DNA of 60,256 bases, counting the filler. It is 5 parts of 5 records of this genome, joined end to end, with 100 filler letters (N's around TTAATTAATTAA, not from the genome) between each part and the next. Parts side by side here need not be neighbours in the genome. Positions count along the whole stretch, not along the records: positions 48,043 to 60,256 come from SRR31156797_19899; 4 more parts are not named here. One strand, 5' to 3'. Position numbers and translations under genes: made by a program. Positions 49,360 through 59,926 of this stretch are shown here, in pieces. How positions within the stretch are numbered: position 1 is the stretch's first letter; every line of letters starts with the position of its first letter. The notes beneath the pieces were generated by a model. It made no database searches. It worked only from the letters and a program-made list of their open reading frames with translations, and was not told the DNA's origin.

Positions 49360-51201
49360 TTGATTAAAGTTTTGTATGTTGATATTGATAATGCTTTTAG
49401 CAAAAAATTTTTAGATAATCTTATTGATCATAATTATGAAGTAAGATATTCAAACAATATAAAAGAAGCTTTATCTTTAAACTCTTTTTTTGAACCACAA
49501 CTAATAATTTGTGAATATTTAATAGATGGACAAAATACGGCCAGATCACTACTAAGTAAAATTAAAAAAAATAACTCAATAGTTACATCTATTATCCTAA
49601 CAGATAATCCTACACAAGAGATTCTTTTTTCTGCGATTGAGTTAAAAATAGATAAAGTTTTATTAAAAAGTAAAAGTTTTGATGAGATACACAAGGAGAT
49701 CAAAGCTTTTAAGATTGAACCAATCACAAGTGATGAACCTAAACAGCCTATGATCTATCATTTGGGAGAAGAGTTTTATTACTCAACAGAGCTAAAAGAG
49801 ATAATGAAAAATGAACAGATAATCCCTCTTACTTTCCAAGAAAAGCTTTTAGTGCAAAAGCTTATAGAAACAAAAGGAAGTTTTGTAGAGTTTGAGACAC
49901 TTCAAATTTCTATAGGGAAAGAAGAATATACCACTATACAAACATTACGTACAGTAATTAAAAAAGTTCGAAAAAAGACTTATGATAAGATAATTCAAAA
50001 TAAAAATGGAGTAGGGTATAAAATTAATCTTGAGCAGTCGATTGATTTAAAAAGTAAATTTAATATAGATGATACTATTAAGGTTGATTCAAGTATTTTG
50101 ATTTTAAAAGGTGATAAACAAAAAAGTGATATTTTAAAATATAACTTACAGAGACTAGGCTTTGAGTGTGAAAATGTTTATACGATCAATGATGCAAATA
50201 TTTTACTTGAAATAGAACATTATGATTATATTATAGTTGATTTGAGTCTTCCTGATGGAGATGGGGTAGATTTTATTCGTGATCTAGAACTTAAAAATTG
50301 TTCTAAAGTGATCATTTTATCAACAAGTACGGATATCCACTATAAAGAATATCTTTATTTTAGAGGAATATTAGACTATATAGTTGATACACATGACCTT
50401 GATTATCTATCCTATAATATTTACAAAACAATAATAACAGTAGAAACAAATACTACGTATAATCATATTTTGATCATTGAAAGATCAAAAAAAGTTTCGG
50501 AGCAATTAAAAGATATACTCTTACCAAGAAATTATGAAGTTACCCTTGTGAATAAAATAGATACGGCACTTGATATTTTAAATAATGCACATTACAATTT
50601 AGTTATTCTAGATCTAGATTTTGAGAATTGTTATGAGTTTCTAGGCCAAGTAAAATCAAATATCAATAGTAGCATACCTTTTATAATGCTCTCAGATGCA
50701 AATAGAAACTATGAAGTAGTAAGAGAAGCTTTTAAAAATGGAGCTAGTGAATGTTTACGAAAGCCTATATTTGCTGAAGAGTTTATTTTAAAAGTTGATC
50801 AACTTATGTCTACATCAAAAATGATAAGTAGTTTACATGAACAAAAAGATTTTATGCAATCATATCAAGCGATTGTTGATAGAACAACGATTGTATCCAA
50901 AACAGATCCAAATGGAATAATAACGTATGTAAATGAGATGTTTTGCAAAATATCTAAATATACCCAAGAGGAACTAGTAGGAAAATCCCATAATATAGTA
51001 AGAGATCCTAGTCTTTCTAAAGAGATATTTAAAAAAATGTGGCAGTGTATTAAAAAAGAGAAACAGGTCTGGCAAGGGATTATTTCAAATAAAGCAAAAG
51101 ATGGCTCAATTTACACAGTTGATACTACTATTATGCCTATAATTGATGCTAAAGGAAATATTGTAGAGTTTATAGCATTAAGAAAAGAGGTTTCATTATA
51201 A
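49360..51201 (+). CDS. Multi-domain response regulator REC-wHTH-REC-REC-PAS
   Basis: LTFQE..LRTVIKKVRKK..GVGY wHTH; IIVDLSLPDGDG; LVILDL..LRKP; C-terminal PAS SKTDPNGIITYVN. Confidence 0.82.
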   Translation: MIKVLYVDIDNAFSKKFLDNLIDHNYEVRYSNNIKEALSLNSFFEPQLIICEYLIDGQNTARSLLSKIKKNNSIVTSIILTDNPTQEILFSAIELKIDKVLLKSKSFDEIHKEIKAFKIEPITSDEPKQPMIYHLGEEFYYSTELKEIMKNEQIIPLTFQEKLLVQKLIETKGSFVEFETLQISIGKEEYTTIQTLRTVIKKVRKKTYDKIIQNKNGVGYKINLEQSIDLKSKFNIDDTIKVDSSILILKGDKQKSDILKYNLQRLGFECENVYTINDANILLEIEHYDYIIVDLSLPDGDGVDFIRDLELKNCSKVIILSTSTDIHYKEYLYFRGILDYIVDTHDLDYLSYNIYKTIITVETNTTYNHILIIERSKKVSEQLKDILLPRNYEVTLVNKIDTALDILNNAHYNLVILDLDFENCYEFLGQVKSNINSSIPFIMLSDANRNYEVVREAFKNGASECLRKPIFAEEFILKVDQLMSTSKMISSLHEQKDFMQSYQAIVDRTTIVSKTDPNGIITYVNEMFCKISKYTQEELVGKSHNIVRDPSLSKEIFKKMWQCIKKEKQVWQGIISNKAKDGSIYTVDTTIMPIIDAKGNIVEFIALRKEVSL

Positions 51202-51210
51202 ATAGAGTAT

Positions 51211-51228
51211 TTGTTCATTTCTTGTTCA
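51211..51228 (+). promoter_or_regulatory. Direct repeat, candidate OmpR-family binding site
   Basis: TTGTTCA-N4-TTGTTCA (11-bp period) upstream of a TATTAT -10-like element. Confidence 0.45.
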
Positions 51229-51273
51229 CACATTTTAGTTATTATTTTTATAATGTAAAATAATGGAGCTAAA

Positions 51274-53481
51274 ATGAACTCTTCAGTGAAAAAAAACCAA
51301 GTTGTCCTAACTATTTTAGGAGTATTTATAATTACTTTTTCAATAAATGCTTTGATAATTTATCAAGATAAGAAAAGTGATATAACCTATATACAAACAA
51401 CTATTCAAAAAAGGATCACTAACTTATATAATGAAGTCTCCTCTACGATGCTTCAAAGACAGCTACAAATGAGAACAAAATCTCTTCTTGGTAATAGTAA
51501 TAAAATAGAAAAGCTACAAGCTTTTAAAAATAAAGACAAAGAGAAGCTCATTGAATTATTTCAAGTGCAATTTGAAACACTCAAAGAACAAATAAAAGGT
51601 TTTGAGATTATGCATTTTTATGATAGAGATGGGATATCGGTATTAAGAATGCATAATCTTGGCAAATTTGGAGATGATCTAAAACTCTTTCGATCATGTA
51701 TCGCATCTGTGGTCCAAAATCCAAGGAGTTGTTCATTCTTTGAAGTGGGATTACAAGGTTTGGCTTATAGAAGTGTAACACCAGTATATTTTAAGAATGA
51801 ACTTTTAGGTTTTTTTGAACTAGGTGTAAAGCCACAAATACTTCTTGAAAAAATAAAAAGTGTTTTTGGTTTACAAGCTTATTTTTTAATAAAAAATGAA
51901 TATATTCCTCAAAATATGAACAAAAACCTCAATACAATAAAAACAGAACAATACACATTGTGTCAATTTTGTTCTAAAAAAGATGAGTTTATCACTAAAA
52001 TTACAAAAAATACAAATCATGATTTTACTCACCACTCAATAGTAAAAGATCAAGATAAAGTATATACAACTATTATAAAAGAGATTTTTGATGCACAAAG
52101 TAACCATATAGGTAATATTGTTTTATTTCAAGATATTACCATTTTTCAAGACCAAATAACTAATCTATTAATAAAATTTGTTGTTGTATTTATCATCGCT
52201 TCATTTATAATCTATTTTATTTTAAATGGATATATTACTTTAATCTTTAAAAAACTTAATAAAGCAAAATTTTTACTTGATAATACAAATGATGCAGTGT
52301 ATGTTATAAAACTAGAAGATGGCTCAATAACAGATATCAATGAACGGGCTTCATTAATGCTTGGATTTTCTCAAAAAGAGCTTTTAAATAAAACTATCTT
52401 TGGTATTAAAAAGCCTCTTCCAAATACTACACTTCAAAGTTGGGAAGATCAAATAAGAGACTTAAAACTTAAACATTTTATCACAAGTAGAGCCATTTAT
52501 CTTAGAAAAGATGGCTCAAAATTTCCTATTGAAGCGAGTCTTAGTTATATTCAAAATGATGGTGAATTTATGATCGCCGTCGTAAGAGATATTACAAAAC
52601 AGCTTGATATGGAAAATAAGATCAAATCTAAAGCAGATGAATTACAAAGACTTCAAAATATCATTAGCAAATCTGTTTTATATAGTACTTCTAACCTTGA
52701 TGGAAAAATCACTTCTGTTTCTAAAGCTTTTGAGCAATTGAGCGGATATAAAGAATCTGAGCTTATTGGAAAAAACCATTCACTTTTTAGAAACCCAGAT
52801 ACTCCAAAAGAGTTTTATAAAAATATGTGGGAAACACTTTGTAATGATGAGCAATTTGTAGGAGAGATAAAAAACTACACAAAAGAAAAAGGTGAATATT
52901 GGATAAAGATTACTATTGATCCAATCTTTGATGAACAAAATAATAAAATAGGATATAGTTCTTATAGGGAGAACATAACAGATAAAAAAGAGCTTGAATA
53001 TATCTCTACACATGATGCTCTTACAAAGATATTTAATAGAGCCTATTTTGTTGATGAGCTTTCTAAAAAAATAAATGCTGCAAGACGATATAAGCAGCAA
53101 TTTGGACTTGTGATGTTTGATATAGATCATTTTAAAAATGTTAATGATACTTATGGGCATCATGTGGGAGATGAAGTGCTCAAAGCTATGGCAAGTTGTA
53201 TACAAACACATATTAGAGAAGATGATATATTTGCTAGATGGGGTGGTGAAGAGTTTGTTATTATAGCAAACGGTTCTGATATTGAACATTTAAAGCTTTT
53301 AATTGAAAAATTACAAAATGAGATTATGAATACTTCTTTTACTCCTGTACCTAAAGTCACCGTTTCATTTGGACTTACTATTTATCAAAATGGTGATAAT
53401 GAAGAATCTATCCAAAAAAGAGCAGATAAAGCACTCTATATAGCTAAAGAAAATGGGAGAAATAGATATGAATTTTTATAA
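51274..53481 (+). CDS. Diguanylate cyclase (Cache-PAS-PAS-GGDEF)
   Basis: Two TM helices around a periplasmic domain, two PAS domains, DIDHFKNVNDTYGH, RWGGEEF with REDD I-site. Confidence 0.92.
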   Translation: MNSSVKKNQVVLTILGVFIITFSINALIIYQDKKSDITYIQTTIQKRITNLYNEVSSTMLQRQLQMRTKSLLGNSNKIEKLQAFKNKDKEKLIELFQVQFETLKEQIKGFEIMHFYDRDGISVLRMHNLGKFGDDLKLFRSCIASVVQNPRSCSFFEVGLQGLAYRSVTPVYFKNELLGFFELGVKPQILLEKIKSVFGLQAYFLIKNEYIPQNMNKNLNTIKTEQYTLCQFCSKKDEFITKITKNTNHDFTHHSIVKDQDKVYTTIIKEIFDAQSNHIGNIVLFQDITIFQDQITNLLIKFVVVFIIASFIIYFILNGYITLIFKKLNKAKFLLDNTNDAVYVIKLEDGSITDINERASLMLGFSQKELLNKTIFGIKKPLPNTTLQSWEDQIRDLKLKHFITSRAIYLRKDGSKFPIEASLSYIQNDGEFMIAVVRDITKQLDMENKIKSKADELQRLQNIISKSVLYSTSNLDGKITSVSKAFEQLSGYKESELIGKNHSLFRNPDTPKEFYKNMWETLCNDEQFVGEIKNYTKEKGEYWIKITIDPIFDEQNNKIGYSSYRENITDKKELEYISTHDALTKIFNRAYFVDELSKKINAARRYKQQFGLVMFDIDHFKNVNDTYGHHVGDEVLKAMASCIQTHIREDDIFARWGGEEFVIIANGSDIEHLKLLIEKLQNEIMNTSFTPVPKVTVSFGLTIYQNGDNEESIQKRADKALYIAKENGRNRYEFL

Positions 53482-53494
53482 AATGAATTTTCTA

Positions 53495-55741
53495 TCAATT
53501 TTTTACAAATTTAAAATATAAAGAGATCGTTTCTATAAGTTTTGTTTTATCGATAGGTTTTGCAAGATGATGATCCATTCCAGCTTCTAAAGCGAGCTCT
53601 TTATCTTTTTGCATCACAGCAGCACTTAAAGCAATAATAGGGATATCACTATTAAAAGTACGTATCTGTTTACTCGCTTCATAGCCATCAAGTACAGGCA
53701 TCTGAATATCCATAAATATAATATCAAAAGGAGTCTCTTTTGCCATCTTGACAGCTTCTTCCCCATTATTTGCGATCTGTACACTAAAGCCAAGTTTTGA
53801 TAATATTTTTTTTGCAACTATTTGATTTACTTTATTATCTTCAACAAGTAAAGCCGATTTTGACTCTTGTAGTATAAGGGTGGTTTTTTGAGTAGAGTTT
53901 TCTAATATATTTAGATCTTTTTTATTTGCTGAGTTTTCTAGTTGTACCGTAAAGCTAAAAGTACTTCCTTTATTCTCTTTACTTTCAAACCATATTTTTC
54001 CACCCATAAGTTCAACTAGCTGTTTTGATATGATCAGTCCTAGTCCGCTTCCTCCGTACTCTTTTGTAGTTGAACTGTCCCCTTGTTCAAAAGGGTGAAA
54101 AAGTTTTTTTTGTTTTGATAGAGCGATTCCAATCCCTGTATCTTGTATATCAATTTGCAATGTGGTTGTATTGTGTTTTTGGTGTTTGATAAAAAAATTG
54201 ATAGAGATAGATCCTTTTTTTGTAAACTTTAAACTATTGCCTATAAGATTATTTAAAACTTGTGTAATACGAAGATTATCGCCTATAAAGTATGTAGGTA
54301 TATCTTTATCAACTTTAATGAAGAAGTTTAACCCTTTTGCTTTGATCTGATATTCAAAGATATTATGTACATTTATAATAAGTTCATATATATTAAACTC
54401 ATGGTGCATTATTTCTAGTTTACCTGCTTCAATTTTACTATAATCTAAAATATCATTGATAATATTCAATAATGACTTTGATGAAGACTTTACCTTTAGA
54501 AGATAGTCTTGTTGCTCTTTTGTAGGAGATGCGGAGAGTAAAATATCATTGAGTCCAATAATCCCATTAAGAGGTGTTCTAATCTCATGGGACATATTTG
54601 CTAAAAACTCCGATTTTGCTTCATTAGCTTTTTTTGTTTGTTGTAGTGCTGTTTCTAAGTTTTTATTTTTCTCTTTTAAAAGTCTGTTTTTTTCTAACAC
54701 CTCTTGTTCTAGCTCTTCATTATGTATATTTGTTATTTTGAGTTTTGTTTGGAGTTTTTTAAAGAGTTGAATCACTATTAAGGAGATAATAAGTGTAAAA
54801 AAAAGTGTAGTAAAGAGAATGATCATTTGGTGTTTTTGATATAAAACTCCTTGGTTTTTCAAATGAATATCGTTTACACGTAAAAGTAAAATAAGACCAC
54901 CCTCAATAGGTAGATCTAGTTTTTTTGAGACAAACTTTTCTGATAAGATCAAATCTTTAGAAAAAAGAATCCTTTTATAATCTTGCGGATACTCCTGTGA
55001 GATATTAAAGTTTTTATCTGTAAAGGGTGACCAGTTTTTCTTTGTATCATAATGGATCAAAATATCCCCATTATAGTTCATAAGGATCGAGTCATATAAA
55101 GGCATTCGTAAAAAACTATTTAAAAAAGTTTCCATAAAATAGTTGATGATTAAAATTCCATGAAACCCCTCTTTATGTTCAACTGGATAGATCACACGAA
55201 AAGTAGGCTGGTGTGGGACTTGTACTTTTTTGTGTTCAATATTGAGATCTATTTGTGTGTACCATACCTTTTCTAGTGGTTTTTCTATAGAGTTGATAAA
55301 ATAATAACGGTGGGATTTGTTTTGTAAACTATCTTTTTTAATGATAGTTGGGGATGATTGGTAAGTATTTCTATCAACTCTTATTTGCTCCATCCCATTT
55401 TGATCTATATATCGTAGCTGCATAAAATTTGGATTGCTTTTTACAAAGGCTAAAAATATATTTTCAAGATCTTTTTGTGAGCTATTTATTTCATTTAAAT
55501 AGGATTGGAAATGGGGCAATTCTCGTATCGATTGGAGTTGGTACTCTGCATTTTGTAAAAAAGCTTTAAAAACCTTTTCTCTTTCAAGAAGTTTCTTTGG
55601 ACCATTCTCTTCTAAGGTCACCTTAGGAATAATATCACCTAAATAGTAATCTTTGATAAAAAAATTTGTAATAGCAAAAATAAGAGCAAAGGTAAAAAAT
55701 ATTAAAAATATTTTTCCTGCATGTATAGATGTGGTCTTCAT
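53495..55741 (-). CDS. Hybrid sensor histidine kinase (Cache-HisKA-HATPase-REC)
   Basis: [41 protein letters not shown]. Confidence 0.93.
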   Translation of the reverse strand: MKTTSIHAGKIFLIFFTFALIFAITNFFIKDYYLGDIIPKVTLEENGPKKLLEREKVFKAFLQNAEYQLQSIRELPHFQSYLNEINSSQKDLENIFLAFVKSNPNFMQLRYIDQNGMEQIRVDRNTYQSSPTIIKKDSLQNKSHRYYFINSIEKPLEKVWYTQIDLNIEHKKVQVPHQPTFRVIYPVEHKEGFHGILIINYFMETFLNSFLRMPLYDSILMNYNGDILIHYDTKKNWSPFTDKNFNISQEYPQDYKRILFSKDLILSEKFVSKKLDLPIEGGLILLLRVNDIHLKNQGVLYQKHQMIILFTTLFFTLIISLIVIQLFKKLQTKLKITNIHNEELEQEVLEKNRLLKEKNKNLETALQQTKKANEAKSEFLANMSHEIRTPLNGIIGLNDILLSASPTKEQQDYLLKVKSSSKSLLNIINDILDYSKIEAGKLEIMHHEFNIYELIINVHNIFEYQIKAKGLNFFIKVDKDIPTYFIGDNLRITQVLNNLIGNSLKFTKKGSISINFFIKHQKHNTTTLQIDIQDTGIGIALSKQKKLFHPFEQGDSSTTKEYGGSGLGLIISKQLVELMGGKIWFESKENKGSTFSFTVQLENSANKKDLNILENSTQKTTLILQESKSALLVEDNKVNQIVAKKILSKLGFSVQIANNGEEAVKMAKETPFDIIFMDIQMPVLDGYEASKQIRTFNSDIPIIALSAAVMQKDKELALEAGMDHHLAKPIDKTKLIETISLYFKFVKN

Positions 55742-55897
55742 AGATAAATTTTATAGAAATTTTACTTTATGCAATCTTGCATTCAAATTTTAATTCCAAC
55801 AATAGTAACATTATCGTTTCTTTCCTCTTTCTTAGTGATTTAAAATTTTTGTTGCGATAGGGTGCATGTTTTTTAGATCTAATCTTCGATTTACTCT

Positions 55898-57895
55898 TTA
55901 TGCATAGAGGCGTTGTTCTTCTAAAGGTTTTCCAAAAAAGTACCCTTGCGAATAATCTACCCCTAGTTGACTGAGGATATTGAAGATATTCTCATTTTCC
56001 ACATACTCTGCAATTGTTTCAATATTTTGTTTTTTTGCAAATAAAACGATGGTTTCTACAATATTTTGACTAAATTTGTCATTTTCAATATTTTTTACTA
56101 AAGAGCCATCTATTTTTAAAATATCAGGTTCAAACTCTAAGAGTCTTTCAAAGTTTGAATACCCAGCACCAAAGTCATCAATAGCGATCTTGACACCACG
56201 AGATTTTACTTTTTGAATAAAACTTTTTATAAGTGAAAACTCTTGTACATTTTCATCTTCTAAAAGTTCAAAAACAATTCTTTCATTATCTTGTTTATAT
56301 TCATCTAAAAGTTCAAAAATTTTCTCTCTAGTGTGTTGTTTCTCAATATCTGTAACAGAGATATTGATAGAGAGTTTTGTTTTGATTTTATGGAGAATCT
56401 TAAAAGAGTTTTCTAAAACTCTCTCTGTGATCTTATTATAATAATTTCCTTGTTTTGAGATGTCTAAAAATGCAAAAGGGGAGATGATATTTTCATTTTC
56501 ATCAATAAGTCTTACAAGAGATTCGTATTTTTCTATCTGTTTGGTTTGATTATTGATGATAGGTTGAAAATAGGAGACTATATTATAGTTTTCTAAAGCG
56601 ATCTTTACAGTTTTTATCATATCGAGATTCTCTTTTGCATTTTTTGAAGCAAGAATAGAGTAATCATTTGAAAAATTGAGTTTTATTTTTTCATTTAATG
56701 CTTTTTCTAGGCCTGCTTTTGCATCTTCATACAACATGTGCTTTCCTATAGAATAACTCACCGTAATATGAAGATCAAATTCCATCTCATCAAATTTTAA
56801 AGTAGACTCTTTTACATTTTGTACGAACTCTTGTAAATATTGTTCAATATTGAGTTTTGAACTATCAAAAGTATGAAAGTCAGTTAAAAGTGCATATCTT
56901 CCACCCCCTAATGAGTGAACATTTTCAAAACGGTACTCTTTTGGAAGATATGAAAGAAGATTAAAAGCAAAGTTTTTTTCTATTTGGTCTATGGTCATTG
57001 GATTATAAAACTTATCTAAGATATCAAACTCATTGATCTCTAAAAGTACTAAGATCGATAATTTATTAGATTCTATTTTTTCAAAAAGATATTTTTTATC
57101 ATCAATGATAGAGTTTAAATTATCCCTTACAGCAATATACTCAATTATTTCACCATTTACATTTTTAATAGGAGTAATGATGGTCTTTACATAATAAGAG
57201 CGTCCATTTTTTGATTGGTTTTTTACCATCCCCTCCCAGCTTTGTTTTTTTACTTTTATAGTATGCCACATATCTTCATAAAGCTCTTCTGGATTATCTT
57301 TATGTCTTGTGAGATTGTGTTTATTTCCTATAAGTTCCTCTTTTGAATAGCCACTGATTTTACAAAAACTATCATTCACATAAGTAACCTTTCCCTCAAT
57401 ATCTGTTTTAGAGATAATAGTACTTTTATCTATAAGTGAGAGATACTGTTGGAGATGAAATTGATGGTTTTTTGATTCTTGGTCAATTTTGATCTTTTCT
57501 ACGATCTTTGCGATATTATCTATAAGTAGATCAAACTCTACTGGTTTTAAAATATATCCATCCACATTTAGTTGGATACTTCTTAATAAGATATCTGCTT
57601 CATTGTGTTGAGAGAGTATGATGATATATGTCTCAGGGTTCATCTCTCTTACCTGTTGTGCTAGATCAAGACCATTGATCTTTGGCATCATAATATCAGT
57701 GATAAGAATATCAATATTGTTTTCTTTATACTTTTGTAGTGCTTCTTCCCCATCAGTAGCAATAATAACATCTGTAAAGATCTCGTTTAATAACTCACTT
57801 ATCGTTTCTCTTGCTATTGGATCATCTTCTGCATATAATACTTTAATATTTTGAGCATAGTTGCTTATACTTTCTATTTTTTCAAGAAGAGTCAT
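55898..57895 (-). CDS. c-di-GMP phosphodiesterase (REC-PAS-degenerate GGDEF-EAL)
   Basis: ITDIMMP; PAS; GGGRY in place of GGDEF; YESLVR, DDFGAGYSN, KIDG, AEYVE, QGY. Confidence 0.9.
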   Translation of the reverse strand: MTLLEKIESISNYAQNIKVLYAEDDPIARETISELLNEIFTDVIIATDGEEALQKYKENNIDILITDIMMPKINGLDLAQQVREMNPETYIIILSQHNEADILLRSIQLNVDGYILKPVEFDLLIDNIAKIVEKIKIDQESKNHQFHLQQYLSLIDKSTIISKTDIEGKVTYVNDSFCKISGYSKEELIGNKHNLTRHKDNPEELYEDMWHTIKVKKQSWEGMVKNQSKNGRSYYVKTIITPIKNVNGEIIEYIAVRDNLNSIIDDKKYLFEKIESNKLSILVLLEINEFDILDKFYNPMTIDQIEKNFAFNLLSYLPKEYRFENVHSLGGGRYALLTDFHTFDSSKLNIEQYLQEFVQNVKESTLKFDEMEFDLHITVSYSIGKHMLYEDAKAGLEKALNEKIKLNFSNDYSILASKNAKENLDMIKTVKIALENYNIVSYFQPIINNQTKQIEKYESLVRLIDENENIISPFAFLDISKQGNYYNKITERVLENSFKILHKIKTKLSINISVTDIEKQHTREKIFELLDEYKQDNERIVFELLEDENVQEFSLIKSFIQKVKSRGVKIAIDDFGAGYSNFERLLEFEPDILKIDGSLVKNIENDKFSQNIVETIVLFAKKQNIETIAEYVENENIFNILSQLGVDYSQGYFFGKPLEEQRLYA

Positions 57896-57904
57896 CGAAT
57901 ACCT

Positions 57905-58327
57905 TTATAATTTATCAATTTTTTTTAATACTTGTTCGATCGCTAAAAATAGATCATGAAAGTTGATTGGTTTTAAAACATAGCTATCTACTTTTAAAAG
58001 CATACTTTCCATAAAAATATTCAAATCATTATGTTGTGTTAAAATGATGATTTGAGTAGCACTATTTATATTTTTTATATGTTTTGCCAATTCTAATCCA
58101 TCCATTTTAGGCATATTTACATCGCTTATAACAATTTGAATATTTTGATTCTGTTGAAATTGATCTAAGGCATCTTCACCATTTGTAGTGATGATAACTT
58201 CAGCAAAAAGTTCCTCTAAAAGTTCAGAAATAACTTCTAAAGTGGTATAATCATCTTCCACATATAAAACTTTCATTTTCTTAGTATACAATGAAATTGC
58301 TTCCATCTTATCTAACATATTTTCCAT
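57905..58327 (-). CDS. Single-domain response regulator
   Basis: YVEDD, ISDVNMP, VLKP. Confidence 0.9.
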   Translation of the reverse strand: MENMLDKMEAISLYTKKMKVLYVEDDYTTLEVISELLEELFAEVIITTNGEDALDQFQQNQNIQIVISDVNMPKMDGLELAKHIKNINSATQIIILTQHNDLNIFMESMLLKVDSYVLKPINFHDLFLAIEQVLKKIDKL

Positions 58328-58345
58328 TTTTATAAATTCCCCTTG

Positions 58346-59044
58346 TTATCTTATAAGCGGATTGCTGATCTTTATGATCTTCTCAATATCTTGTATTGAA
58401 GCATTTTTAAAATCAAAGAGTTCAAATTTGTTGATGATATTTGACAGTTTAGTAATCTCTTGGGAAATATAATTAATATCACTAATCTCCTCTTCACTAT
58501 CTTTATATTTATTCATACGTTTTTTAAACTCAAAGCTAGAAGAGAGTAGTAAAATAGAACTAAGTGGTTGTTTCCAATGGTGTCCTATCTCTTTAACTAT
58601 GGATAATATAAGCTCTATTTTCTCACGATTGAGTTCGATCTCTTTGAGTTGTTCCAAAGTTTTCTTTTCATATATCTCTTTAGCAAGAGACTCTAAGACA
58701 TTTAAAACTTTTTCATCATACACAGGTTTTGAAATAAAAGAATCAATACCAAGTTCAATCGCTTTTTTTAAACTCTCATTGTTTTCGCATCCTGTGATTA
58801 AAATAATTGGTTGATCTTTTGATTCTTGTTTTATGATTTTACTCATTTGTAATCCATCAAGTTGTGGCATACAAATATCACACAATACAATATCTGGTTT
58901 GATCTTAGAATAAAGATCTAACCCCTCTTCACCATTATCAGCAAAATGTATATTTTTGACTTTATCAAACAATAAAGTTTCTAGATATTGCTGAGCAATT
59001 TTATTATCTTCAACGTAAAGTAAGTTTAGGTCTTTTAAATACAT
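58346..59044 (-). CDS. Receiver domain fused to a HisKA-like (DHp) domain, no ATPase domain
   Basis: YVEDN, LCDICMP, ISKP, then EIGHHWKQPL; the protein ends about 70 aa later. Confidence 0.8.
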   Translation of the reverse strand: MYLKDLNLLYVEDNKIAQQYLETLLFDKVKNIHFADNGEEGLDLYSKIKPDIVLCDICMPQLDGLQMSKIIKQESKDQPIILITGCENNESLKKAIELGIDSFISKPVYDEKVLNVLESLAKEIYEKKTLEQLKEIELNREKIELILSIVKEIGHHWKQPLSSILLLSSSFEFKKRMNKYKDSEEEISDINYISQEITKLSNIINKFELFDFKNASIQDIEKIIKISNPLIR

Positions 59045-59087
59045 TTTTTACTCCTTATTTATAATTATGATACAATTACAAGTTTAT

Positions 59088-59143
59088 TGTAAAATTATAA
59101 AATAGAAATCTAAGTAACTTTTCAATACAATCTTAGGAATCTT
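59088..59143 (-). repeat. 56-bp imperfect inverted repeat, left copy
   Basis: 46/56 identity (manual count) to the reverse complement of 59831-59886. Confidence 0.8.
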
Positions 59144-59159
59144 TGAATAGGTAGAATAG

Positions 59160-59825
59160 ATGCTCATAAAAAACAAAATATTACTCATAGAAGATGATAC
59201 TGATATCATAATGTGGATTCAAAGTTATCTTGAAGAGTTTGGTTTTGAGGTGGCTGCATTTGATACAGTAACTGACGCAATTTCACATATCAATCAATAC
59301 CACTATGATATTATTCTTTTAGATATCAATCTTCCAGATTTTTCAGGCTATGAAGTGCTTAAATATATAGAAGAAAACGATAAAGATATTCCTATTATTG
59401 TTGTAAGTGCCCATTCAGATCAAAAGACAAAACTTCATGCTTTTAAATTAGGAGCGAGTGATTTTATGGTAAAACCTCTTGATCTTGAAGAGCTAGAGGC
59501 TAGAATCAGAGTCCATACAAAAAAAAGAAAAGTTGTACAAGATATAAATAAAGAAGATATCTTTTATATAAATAATAATCAAATATTTTTTAATGATATT
59601 GCTTTATCTTTAACCAAAATAGAATTTGATATCTTATCTTTATTGATACAAAACAAAAATACTACGATGCAAAGATCACTTCTTTGTGAGTCTTTATCAT
59701 CGGTAAGTTCAGAGCGCTCTTTAGACTATCATATTAGAAATATTAGAAAAAAGATTGGAGATAATGTACAAAATCCAAAGTATCTTATTACAGATTATGG
59801 AGTAGGGTATAGATTAATATTTTAA
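59160..59825 (+). CDS. OmpR/PhoB-family response regulator
   Basis: IEDD, LLDINLPD, VKP, LTKIEF, HIRNIRKKI, GVGY. Confidence 0.93.
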   Translation: MLIKNKILLIEDDTDIIMWIQSYLEEFGFEVAAFDTVTDAISHINQYHYDIILLDINLPDFSGYEVLKYIEENDKDIPIIVVSAHSDQKTKLHAFKLGASDFMVKPLDLEELEARIRVHTKKRKVVQDINKEDIFYINNNQIFFNDIALSLTKIEFDILSLLIQNKNTTMQRSLLCESLSSVSSERSLDYHIRNIRKKIGDNVQNPKYLITDYGVGYRLIF

Positions 59826-59830
59826 AAACT

Positions 59831-59886
59831 AAGATTCCTCGTATTTTTTTGTAAACTTACTTAGATTTTTAGTTTATTATTTTACA
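59831..59886 (+). repeat. 56-bp imperfect inverted repeat, right copy
   Basis: AAGATTCCT...TTACTTAGATTT...TATTATTTTACA. Confidence 0.8.
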
Positions 59887-59926
59887 TAATATTTATAAGA
59901 CTATTAAAAGTAAGAGAGTGTAGATT

